From Alloprevotella sp. (GTDB lineage: Bacteria; Bacteroidota; Bacteroidia; Bacteroidales; Bacteroidaceae): 64,000 nt of DNA. A program made the position numbers and the translations under genes. The stretch spans positions 19,382-83,381 of the forward strand of contig JBGVLE010000076.1 in assembly GCA_045124135.1 (NCBI GenBank). Direction: 5' to 3'. Shown piece by piece: positions 48,478-57,014 of the stretch. How positions within the stretch are numbered: the first letter of the stretch is position 1; the number at the start of each line of letters is the position of its first letter. Below the pieces are notes generated by a model that ran no database searches, had not been told where the DNA came from, and saw nothing but the letters and a program-made list of their open reading frames with translations.

Positions 48478-49290
48478 TTAAGGTTGACGTTTGATGATTT
48501 CTCTGAAAATATCTGCCATAAGCGGCTGAACGGCATTGGCGGCACGCTGCACTTCTTCGTGGCTCACCTCCGGTATGTCGTCGCCCACGCCCATATCCGT
48601 AATCACGCTGATGCCGAACACGCGCATGCCGCTGTGGCGGGCTACGATGACTTCGGGTACGGTGCTCATGCCCACGGCGTCGCCGCCAAACGTGCGGAAC
48701 ATTCTGTATTCGGCCGGCGTCTCAAACGTGGGGCCCTGGGTGGCGATATACACACCCTCTTGAACCTTGATACCTTTTTCCCGTGCAATTTCGCGGGCCT
48801 GGTCAAGGAATGCCTTGTCATAGACCTGGTGCATGTCGGGGAAGCGAGGCCCTGTGGGGAAATTGGGACCGTGGAGCGGATGTTCGGGCATAAAGTTGAT
48901 GTGGTCGGTGATAAGCATCAGGTCTCCCACACTGAATTTCGGGTTGAGGCCACCCGAGGCGTTGCTGACGAAAAGGTTCTTGATGCCCAGTTCATACATC
49001 ACGCGGATGGGGAAAGTGACGGTCTTCATGTCGTATCCCTCATAGTAGTGGAACCGTCCTTCGAGCGCCATTACCTCTTTACCACCCAGACGGCCGAAGA
49101 GCAGGCGGCCGTGATGGCCTTCGACGGTCGAAACCGGGAAATTGGGAATGTCTTGATAGGCAAAGGCGTCGATGATGTCAATCTCTGAGGCGAGTCGGCC
49201 CAGTCCGGTACCGAGTATGATGGCCGTCAGTGGGCGGCTTTGTGTGTGGCAACGTATCCAGTCTGCCGTGTCTTTAATCTTTTGAAGCAT
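48478..49290 (-). CDS. punA: Purine nucleoside phosphorylase (trimeric type)
   Basis: ILGTGLG, STVEGH, GRFHYYEG, GPTFETPAE, VGMSTVPE. Confidence 0.93.
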   Translation of the reverse strand: MLQKIKDTADWIRCHTQSRPLTAIILGTGLGRLASEIDIIDAFAYQDIPNFPVSTVEGHHGRLLFGRLGGKEVMALEGRFHYYEGYDMKTVTFPIRVMYELGIKNLFVSNASGGLNPKFSVGDLMLITDHINFMPEHPLHGPNFPTGPRFPDMHQVYDKAFLDQAREIAREKGIKVQEGVYIATQGPTFETPAEYRMFRTFGGDAVGMSTVPEVIVARHSGMRVFGISVITDMGVGDDIPEVSHEEVQRAANAVQPLMADIFREIIKRQP

Positions 49291-50344
49291 AGTCTGTGAT
49301 TATGTGGTTAAATGCATTGTGATGGTTGGCAATGAAACGCACCTCGATGGGTTGGACGTAGAGGCGGCGGCGCAATTGTTGCGACAGTTTTTCGGCCTGG
49401 GCCAGAAAGCGGGCCGCGTCTTTCTCCGTCGTGAGGGCCAGAGTCTCTTTTCCTTGTGCCAAAGCCTCCTTGTCGAGTGTTTCAAAGGCTTGGTTGAGTC
49501 GCTTGAAATCTTGGGCTGAAAAGTGATGATGGTCGGCGAAACGTTGAGGCCGGACCTCGGCCCCTTGGGCTTTGAGATGCGCATAAAGCGGAGCCGGTTT
49601 GGCAATGCCGGTGATGGTCATGACCGGCAGTCCGTCAATGTCGGGACAAGGTGAGGCCTCTTGTGGAAACAGCGGATAGGGTCTGCCGTAAACGAAAGTC
49701 GTGAAAAACACCTTCTGGCCTTTTCGTGGCGACAACTTCTTGAAAATCCGAGCCTGTTCGGCCTCTGAGAGCTGCTGAGGACATTTGGTGACAATAATGA
49801 GGTCTGCCCTTTTTGCCCCTCTGGCCGACTCCCGAAGCCGGCCTGCCGGCATGAGCCAGTCGTGGCAATAAAGCCGGGCGTAGTCGGTCAGGAGGATATA
49901 AAGGCCGGCTTTGACGTGCCGGTGTTGGTAGGCGTCGTCAAGCACTATGACGTCTGCCGGGGTCTCTTGTCTCAGACGCTCAATGCCGCGGCATCGTTGC
50001 TCATCCACGGCGACGATGCAGTCCGGTATCTTGTGTTTGATTTGAAAAGGTTCGTCGCCAATTTCTTCGGCCGTCGTTTCGGCTGTCGCCAGTCTGTAGC
50101 CCTTGGTCTGCCGTCCGTAACCGCGGCTCAGCATAGCCACGTGCCGGTCGTGCAACAGGCGGATGAGGTATTCCGTATGCGGTGTTTTGCCCGTACCGCC
50201 CACGGCGAGGTTGCCCACGGCAATGACAGGCACGTCAAACTGCCGCTCGGACATGATGCCTTTGTCGAAAAGCAGGTTGCGCACACTCGTCACCGCGTCG
50301 TAGACCACGGCCAAGGGCCAGAGCAGACACATCGGGCTAAGCAT
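49274..50344 (-). CDS. lpxK: Tetraacyldisaccharide 4'-kinase
   Basis: VGNLAVGGTGKTP, LSRGYG, GDEP, LDDAYQH, PAGRLRE, TEKD. Confidence 0.95.
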   Translation of the reverse strand: MLSPMCLLWPLAVVYDAVTSVRNLLFDKGIMSERQFDVPVIAVGNLAVGGTGKTPHTEYLIRLLHDRHVAMLSRGYGRQTKGYRLATAETTAEEIGDEPFQIKHKIPDCIVAVDEQRCRGIERLRQETPADVIVLDDAYQHRHVKAGLYILLTDYARLYCHDWLMPAGRLRESARGAKRADLIIVTKCPQQLSEAEQARIFKKLSPRKGQKVFFTTFVYGRPYPLFPQEASPCPDIDGLPVMTITGIAKPAPLYAHLKAQGAEVRPQRFADHHHFSAQDFKRLNQAFETLDKEALAQGKETLALTTEKDAARFLAQAEKLSQQLRRRLYVQPIEVRFIANHHNAFNHIITDYASKD

Positions 50345-50349
50345 TGGCC

Positions 50350-52110
50350 TTAATGCAGTTGTGGTTCGAAGGGCATACGGGCCTGCAGGCAGTCGCTGCC
50401 TTTGAGTTTCAAGACGAAGCGGAGCGGTTGGTAGTACTGGCCTAAGGTAGTCCTTACTTCGCGTTCCATATAGTTGTCTTTATATTCGCCCATCAATTGG
50501 TCGAGCCAGTTGGCCGGCGCGGGATAGTCGGCCAGTCGGTATTGTCTGACCTGGGCCTTCCTTGCCGCCACCTTGATGGCGTCGTCGAGAGTGCCGAGTT
50601 TGTCCACAAGCTTCAGTTTGAGAGCCTGCCTGCCGGTCCATACGCGTCCTTGGGCAATGCTGTCGGTATAGGCTGTGCTCAAATGGCGGCCTTCAGCCAC
50701 ACGCTTGAGGAAGAGCCGGTAGCCGCGCTCCACGTATTGCTGCATCGCCTGGCTTTCGGCGGCAGTGAACGGCCGGTCTATTACGCCGAAGTCTGAGGCC
50801 TCGTTGGTCTTGACCACGCCTACGTGCAGGCCGAGTTTTTCGGTCATCAGACCGCTCAGGTCGGGCACCATGCCAAAGATGCCGATGCTGCCGGTGAGGG
50901 TGGTGGGCTCTGCCACAATGAAGTCGGCCCCGCTGGCCATATAGTAGCCGCCTGAGGCTGCATAGCTGCCCATAGACACGACGACGGGTTTCTTTTTCTT
51001 GAGTTGCTGCACGGCGCGCCAGATTTGTTCGGAGGCAAAGGCGCTGCCGCCGCCGGAGTTGATGCGGAGCACCACGGCCTTGACATTGTCGTCCTGGGCC
51101 AGTTGGTCGAGGTCTTTCACCACTTCCGGGCCAACGATGAGGTTTCCGCCGCCCATCAGGCCGCCTCCTTCGGCGCCCACGATATCGCCGTAGGCATAAT
51201 AGATGGCGATTTCGCCGTCGCCGTCGTTGTCGTCTTCATAGCAGAGTGCCAGGTCGGCCGCTTCGACAAGGTTCAGGCTCTCGCTCACACGCTTCTGCAG
51301 CCTGTCGCGCATTTCGTCTACATAAGCCGTTCCGTCAACGAGTCGCTTTTTCACGTAGTCTTCGGCGTCGGCAAAGGTGGCATAGCTGTCGGCAATGGCG
51401 TTGAGAGAGTCCACGGGAATGTTTCGCGACGCACTCACGTCTTTGCACACCACCGTCCAGATGTCGTTGATGAAACTCTGCATCTGTTCGCGGTTGGCCT
51501 CGCTCATTTCGGTGCCGGTGAAAGGTTCCACGGCGCTCTTGTAGGTGCCCACACGGAACACCTGCATCTTCACGCCGATTTTGTCGAGCAGTTCTTTGTA
51601 AAACATCGGGGTCGCCGCAATGCCTCGCCAGTCGAGCATACCGCTGGGGTTAATGTAAATGCTGTCTGCCACGCTGGCCACATAATAGGCGCCTTGGGTA
51701 TAGTTTTCGCCATAGGCCATCACAAACTTGCCCGTCTTCTTGAAATCGGTCAGGGCCTTACGGATTTCTTCGACAGTGGCAAAGTCGGCACTCAGCAAGC
51801 CGGCTTCCACATAGATGCCTTCGATGCGGTCGTCCTTAGCCGCCACCTTGATGGCCTTGAGAATATCGTTGAGCCCTTGGTTGTTTAATGCTTCCGAGTT
51901 GAAGAAGGCGTCAAGCGGACTTGCCGTATAGCGCTCTTCGACCATCCCATTGAGATTGAGGTGCAAGACCGTACCCTGGGTGATGTTGGGCCGTTGGTCG
52001 GCCGAGGCCATCATAGAGAAAAGCATCACCAGAAACATCACAGAGGTGAACACCGAGACAATCAGCGATCCGACGATGACGGCCAGCACTTGTTTGAAGA
52101 AAGCTTTCAT
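50350..52110 (-). CDS. sppA: Signal peptide peptidase SppA (67K type)
   Basis: GTYKSAVEP, RINSGGGS, AASGGY, TGSIG, GRVWTG. Confidence 0.95.
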   Translation of the reverse strand: MKAFFKQVLAVIVGSLIVSVFTSVMFLVMLFSMMASADQRPNITQGTVLHLNLNGMVEERYTASPLDAFFNSEALNNQGLNDILKAIKVAAKDDRIEGIYVEAGLLSADFATVEEIRKALTDFKKTGKFVMAYGENYTQGAYYVASVADSIYINPSGMLDWRGIAATPMFYKELLDKIGVKMQVFRVGTYKSAVEPFTGTEMSEANREQMQSFINDIWTVVCKDVSASRNIPVDSLNAIADSYATFADAEDYVKKRLVDGTAYVDEMRDRLQKRVSESLNLVEAADLALCYEDDNDGDGEIAIYYAYGDIVGAEGGGLMGGGNLIVGPEVVKDLDQLAQDDNVKAVVLRINSGGGSAFASEQIWRAVQQLKKKKPVVVSMGSYAASGGYYMASGADFIVAEPTTLTGSIGIFGMVPDLSGLMTEKLGLHVGVVKTNEASDFGVIDRPFTAAESQAMQQYVERGYRLFLKRVAEGRHLSTAYTDSIAQGRVWTGRQALKLKLVDKLGTLDDAIKVAARKAQVRQYRLADYPAPANWLDQLMGEYKDNYMEREVRTTLGQYYQPLRFVLKLKGSDCLQARMPFEPQLH

Positions 52111-52144
52111 AAAGTTATTGTGTGATAGGAAAGAGGATGAATGT

Positions 52145-52894
52145 TTAGAGTTCTATCTCGACGGGGCAATGGTCCGAGCCCATAATGTCGGTGTGGATTT
52201 TGGCACTCTTCAGTTCCGGCACGAGCCGTTGCGAAACGAGGAAGTAGTCAATGCGCCACCCCACGTTCTTTTCGCGTGCGCGGAAACGGTATGACCACCA
52301 TGAGTAGGCCCCTTCAAGGGTGGGGTAGAAGTGGCGGAAGGTGTCGCAAAAACCGGCCTTGAGCAAACGGCCGAAACTTTCGCGCTCTTCGTCGGTGAAG
52401 CCGGCGTTGCGGCGGTTGGTCTTGGGATTCTTTAGGTCTATCTCTTGGTGGGCCACGTTGAAGTCGCCGCAGACGATGACGGGCTTGTGCCGGTCGAGTC
52501 GGCAGAGGTATTCTCTGAAGGCGGCGTCCCATTGCATGCGATAGCCGAGTCGGCGCAGTTCGTCTTGTGAGTTGGGCACGTAGACATTGACCAGATAAAA
52601 CGTCTCCATTTCGAGCGTCACCACGCGGCCTTCCTTGTCGTGATCGTCAAGGCCAATGCCCTGTGCCACGCTAAGCGGCGTGTGGCGGGTAAATATCACC
52701 GTGCCCGAGTAGCCTTTTTTCTCCGCATAGTCCCAGTAGCTCTGATAGCCCTCAAACTGCAGGTCAATCTGGCCTTCCTGCAATTTGGTCTCCTGCAGAC
52801 AGACGAAGTCGGCGTCGAGCGCGGCGAACGTTTCGCCAAACCCTTTGCCGCAACAGGCGCGCAGACCGTTGACATTCCAAGATATAAACTTCAT
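52145..52894 (-). CDS. xth: Exodeoxyribonuclease III
   Basis: SWNVNG, LQETK, YSG, YVPN, GDFNVAH, WWSYR, WRIDY, SDHCP. Confidence 0.95.
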   Translation of the reverse strand: MKFISWNVNGLRACCGKGFGETFAALDADFVCLQETKLQEGQIDLQFEGYQSYWDYAEKKGYSGTVIFTRHTPLSVAQGIGLDDHDKEGRVVTLEMETFYLVNVYVPNSQDELRRLGYRMQWDAAFREYLCRLDRHKPVIVCGDFNVAHQEIDLKNPKTNRRNAGFTDEERESFGRLLKAGFCDTFRHFYPTLEGAYSWWSYRFRAREKNVGWRIDYFLVSQRLVPELKSAKIHTDIMGSDHCPVEIEL

Positions 52895-53110
52895 ATTGTT
52901 AATATATTGCACATACATTAAGGCAAAAGTAGCTAAGTTGCGCCTAAAATCCAAGGCCTTTCAGCATTTTTTGATACCTTTGCCATCGAATTGAAAACGC
53001 TACTCCATAGTTTCCCTGATTTTTTCACCACGGGTGTGAAGTCCGGTCTGCTTTGCTGACATTGGTCTATGCTTTGGCCGACTGCCCGCCCTTGTCAAAA
53101 CGTCTGCAAA

Positions 53111-54175
53111 ATGAAGTCTGCATATATTCGTCTTATGGCCCTTTCGCTCGGTTTCAGTGCGCTCACGTCGGTGGCCCAGTTCCGCTTCGACCAGGTGCGC
53201 CGCGAGATGGGCACATTGCTTTGGAAAAATCCCTCTTCGGCTGTGTTCACGCTGACCAATACCGACACCACCGACGTGGTGATTGAGAGCGTCCGTCCCG
53301 ACTGTGGTTGCACGTCGGTGGACTATCCCCGCACGGCCATAGCCCCGGGCGGAAAGGCTGACATCAAGGTGACCTACGACGCCGCCCTGTTGGGCCACTT
53401 CGAGAAAATCGTCGACGTCTGCACCAACCGCGGCGACCGCCGCCTGACAGTGAGCGGCGACGTGGTGCTTGAGGTGAAAGAGCGCCCCGAACGCTATCCC
53501 TACCACATCGGCGACTTCTGTCTCGATGCCGACCAGGTGGAATTTGACAATGTGCGCCGCGGCGACAATCCGGTCAAAGTCATTCGTGTCTACAATGCCG
53601 GACGCCAGACCATCTCGCCCGAACTGATGCACCTGCCCAAGTATCTCAGCGTGGCCACAGAACCGGCCTCAATACGCCCAGGTCGGACAGGGCGCATCCT
53701 CCTTCAGTTGGAGAGCGAGCAACTGCGCAGTCTCGGCCTCACGCAGACCGAGGTATTCCTCAGCCGCTTTAAGGGCGACCGTGTCTCGGCCGACAACGTC
53801 ATCACCATCTCGGCGACTCTGCTCCCCGAAACGGCGACTTCGACTGTGGCCACGGCTTCTTTCCCGCAGGCCACGCTTGACAGCACGGCGCTTTATATGG
53901 GCGATTTGGCCTTGAAAAAGGAACTCAAGCGCGAAGTCTTACTCACCAACACCGGCACAGCCTCACTCGAGGTGCTGGCTCTGCAAGTCTACAATCCCGG
54001 CCTGCAGGTGAGCCTCAACAAGTCTACGCTCAAACCCGGCGAGTCGGCCAAAATCAAAATCAAAGCGCGCCGCTTCAAGGGCATCCGCAAGGGACGCCGT
54101 CGGGTGTTGCTCATCACCAACGACCCGGTGCGCCCCACGATTGTCATCGACCTTTCCATTGCCAATGCCGGCTAA
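53111..54175 (+). CDS. DUF1573 domain (Ig-like repeats) exported protein
   Basis: Signal peptide; VRPDCGCT, IAPGG motifs. Confidence 0.8.
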   Translation: MKSAYIRLMALSLGFSALTSVAQFRFDQVRREMGTLLWKNPSSAVFTLTNTDTTDVVIESVRPDCGCTSVDYPRTAIAPGGKADIKVTYDAALLGHFEKIVDVCTNRGDRRLTVSGDVVLEVKERPERYPYHIGDFCLDADQVEFDNVRRGDNPVKVIRVYNAGRQTISPELMHLPKYLSVATEPASIRPGRTGRILLQLESEQLRSLGLTQTEVFLSRFKGDRVSADNVITISATLLPETATSTVATASFPQATLDSTALYMGDLALKKELKREVLLTNTGTASLEVLALQVYNPGLQVSLNKSTLKPGESAKIKIKARRFKGIRKGRRRVLLITNDPVRPTIVIDLSIANAG

Positions 54176-54235
54176 GCGGTCGTTGGGGCGCCCGGCGTGG
54201 GCGGCGCCCGGCGTGGGTGTCGGCTGCGTGTCGCT

Positions 54236-54520
54236 TTTGTCTTTTTCGCTTGCAGCCGTCAGCGTTATCTTTGACGTAGGATAAAACAAAGAGGAGGCCT
54301 TTGGCCTCTTTTTTTGTGCCTGGCGGCCCGTACGGGGATAGGGCCCGTTTTTCCTGTCCTTATGGCAGGAATTTCTGTCCTTATTCCCGCAATGTTTTTC
54401 CCTAAAGCTGTCGGTTTTCAGCGGTTCAAACTGCCGCCGCATCAGCCTGGAGGCATTCCCGAAAGCATTTCAGGCAAAAAAATGTTTAGTTTCGTCACGC
54501 TCGACCCGCCTTTCTGAACA
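54236..54520 (+). repeat. Dispersed ~285-bp intergenic element, copy 5 (inverted orientation)
   Basis: TTGTCTTTT 54237-54245; TATCTTTG 54266-54273; unit centres 54338/54359/54380; CGTCAC 54493, TGAAC 54515. Confidence 0.85.
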
Positions 54521-54555
54521 AGTCCTGCGCCACCCTCTCTTTCCCACTATACAGC

Positions 54556-54591
54556 AAAAACGCCCGTCTCATCGTTTGACGAGACGGGCGT
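54556..54591 (-). terminator. Terminator after the M23 peptidase gene
   Basis: ACGCCCGTCTC / GAGACGGGCGT stem with T5 on minus. Confidence 0.75.
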
Positions 54592-54631
54592 CTGTATGGA
54601 TTTGACGTGTGCCTTGGTGGCTCGCGGCAGC

Positions 54632-55528
54632 TTAGTATCTCAAGATTTGTTTGTTGCGCAGGCGGCTGTTGCGCGTAAGGTTGTTGTTGCGGCAGAGCAC
54701 CTCCATCTTCACGCCGAGCTTCTTGGCCACTTTGGTGAGCGTGTCGCCACGTTTCACCTGATAGAAGTGAGTGGCCTTGCCGCCATTCTGTGCCAGCTGG
54801 CTGCGACCGTCGTTGGCCACAGTGCCTTTGGAGCCTTTCTCGGGGTTGTGGAAGACGAAGTAGTCCGACGTCACGTCTTGGTTGGGAAAGTCGAAGAGCA
54901 GTTCGGGATTGATGGCCACGCCCAGCAGACGGGTCTCAAAGTGAAGGTGCGAACCGAAAGAACGGCCCGTGTTGCCTCCCAGACCGATGGGCTCGCCGGC
55001 TTTCACCTCTTGGTTGGCAGCGACGAGATGTTTCGACAGGTGACCGTAGATTGTCTCAAGGCCGTTGTCGTGACGCACCACGATGTAGTAGCCGTAGCCA
55101 CCGGCATCGTAGTTGGCACAACGCACCTTGCCGTCGAAGGCTGAGACGATGGTGTCGCCGGTATAGACCTTGATGTCCAGACCCTTATGCTGGCGGCGGA
55201 AGGCCGGGCGATAGCCGAAACGGCTCGTCACCAGACGGCTCGGCGTAGGCATGGCAAAACCACGCAAATCTATGCGGAAGCTGTCGGGCACTTCAGAGGC
55301 AGCATAGCAATGGGCCCTGTCGGTGTTCCAAGAGCTATACAACTGGTCTACGGCGTTGTTGTCGTAGCGTGTCAATATGTAACGTTGAAGCGAAACAGAG
55401 TCTACTGCTTTGAGTTTGCGGTCTATGGGAGCTTGGTTGGCAATGAGGTCCTGACCGAAAGCGGTGACGGCCGAAGCAGCCAAAAGCAAGCAACAAGCAG
55501 AACGCTTTATTATAGATTTAAGATGCAT
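54632..55528 (-). CDS. M23 family metallopeptidase with C-terminal LysM domain
   Basis: HKGLD, YGHL, HLHFE; YQVKRGDTL LysM. Confidence 0.9.
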   Translation of the reverse strand: MHLKSIIKRSACCLLLAASAVTAFGQDLIANQAPIDRKLKAVDSVSLQRYILTRYDNNAVDQLYSSWNTDRAHCYAASEVPDSFRIDLRGFAMPTPSRLVTSRFGYRPAFRRQHKGLDIKVYTGDTIVSAFDGKVRCANYDAGGYGYYIVVRHDNGLETIYGHLSKHLVAANQEVKAGEPIGLGGNTGRSFGSHLHFETRLLGVAINPELLFDFPNQDVTSDYFVFHNPEKGSKGTVANDGRSQLAQNGGKATHFYQVKRGDTLTKVAKKLGVKMEVLCRNNNLTRNSRLRNKQILRY

Positions 55529-55742
55529 CGGAATGGAGGTTTTTCGCCTGCAAAATTACAAAAACTTAAGGGGGCGGCAAATTTTTCTTATGGATTAACA
55601 CTATTAAAAAAGTCAAAATGAGCCATTTGACGCGTGGCGGAGGGGCTGTGAGGGTGTAAGTGACGGCGTCAAAGAGTGGAGGTATGTGTTGCCGGCTGAG
55701 CGCTTTTTGCGTAAATTTGCCGTTGGTTGTCAGATGTTGCCC

Positions 55743-56453
55743 ATGAACGATTGTTTCGATTTCAAACCCTTCAGGATTTATCACGACCGCTGCGCCATGC
55801 GGGTGGGCACCGACGGTGTCTTGCTCGGTGCGTGGTGTGAACTGCCTGCCGGCTGCCGCGTGCTCGATGTGGGCGCGGGGTCGGGACTCATCGCAATGAT
55901 GGCTGCCATACGCGGTGCCGGCGAAGTGGTGGGGCTCGAAATAGATGCCGAGGCCGCCGCCCAGGCCCGCGACAACGTGGAACTGGCAGCCGGCGTGTTG
56001 CCTTGTGGCGTCACGGTGGAGACCGCCGATGTCTTGACCTATACTGCTGCGTCGCTTTTTGACGTTGTGGTGAGCAACCCGCCCTTCCACACCGAGCAGA
56101 CGGCAGCCCCCGACAAGCGGCGCGCACAAGCCCGACAGGCCGACCTCTTGCCTTACGACCGACTGATTGCCGCGGCGGCCAGTCTGTTGCGCTCCGGCGG
56201 TTCGTTCCAGGTCATCTGGCCCTATGCTTCGGCCTCCGACTTCCTGATGGCCGCGTCGACGGCAGGCTTTTCGCTCCGCCGGCAAACGGTGGTGGTGACC
56301 AAAGACGGCGCCCGGCCCAAACGGGTGTTGCTTCACCTGGTCAAGGCGCCCTATCTCGACACGTTGCCTCGCCACGACACTCTCGTGCTCTTCGACGCCG
56401 ACGGCCACAAAACGCCGGAATACCAATCGCTCACGGACGCTTTTTATCTTTAA
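55743..56453 (+). CDS. tRNA1(Val) adenine-37 N6-methyltransferase-like protein
   Basis: MRVGTDGVLLG, VLDVGAGSG, SNPPF. Confidence 0.85.
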   Translation: MNDCFDFKPFRIYHDRCAMRVGTDGVLLGAWCELPAGCRVLDVGAGSGLIAMMAAIRGAGEVVGLEIDAEAAAQARDNVELAAGVLPCGVTVETADVLTYTAASLFDVVVSNPPFHTEQTAAPDKRRAQARQADLLPYDRLIAAAASLLRSGGSFQVIWPYASASDFLMAASTAGFSLRRQTVVVTKDGARPKRVLLHLVKAPYLDTLPRHDTLVLFDADGHKTPEYQSLTDAFYL

Positions 56454-56510
56454 TCCCGGCAGGCCTCAGCGTTTCGCCATTTTCCTTTGATTCAAAACCA
56501 CATCCACGAT

Positions 56511-56930
56511 ATGAAAACCATTTCAAACCTTGCCGTCGGCCTTCTCACCGCCATCATGGTGGCGGCTTGTGGTCAGCAAAACAATCCCCATCCCGAATGG
56601 TCTGAGGCCCGAACAGCCATGGAGGCCGAGGGACAAGTCATTCTCTCAAAGGCGCGTGCCGCTCTGGCTCGTCAGGATTTCGACACCGCCCGAAGTGAAG
56701 TGGGCCAACTGCGCCACCGCTGCAAACTCGCCTACGACGCACGCAACGCCGGCATCCTCTTGCTCGACTCCATAGAGATTGCCGATGCGCAAAGCAGGTT
56801 GGGCGATGTGAGCCGGCAACTTGACACGGCCACGCCGCCGACCGACTCGTTGCAGGCCTTGCAGGAAGAACTCGTCATGAGGGTCAATTTCTTCAAACGT
56901 AAACTCACTCACGACAAAGCTAAGCAATAG
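56511..56930 (+). CDS. Hypothetical lipoprotein
   Basis: Lipobox VAAC; helical body. Confidence 0.65.
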   Translation: MKTISNLAVGLLTAIMVAACGQQNNPHPEWSEARTAMEAEGQVILSKARAALARQDFDTARSEVGQLRHRCKLAYDARNAGILLLDSIEIADAQSRLGDVSRQLDTATPPTDSLQALQEELVMRVNFFKRKLTHDKAKQ

Positions 56931-57014
56931 GCCTCCTTTGTGCCGTTTCGTCAGACTCGGCCCCTTTTGCGGCATCGCAGAGAGGCGTGCCGATGGTCCT
57001 ATATTATTATATGT

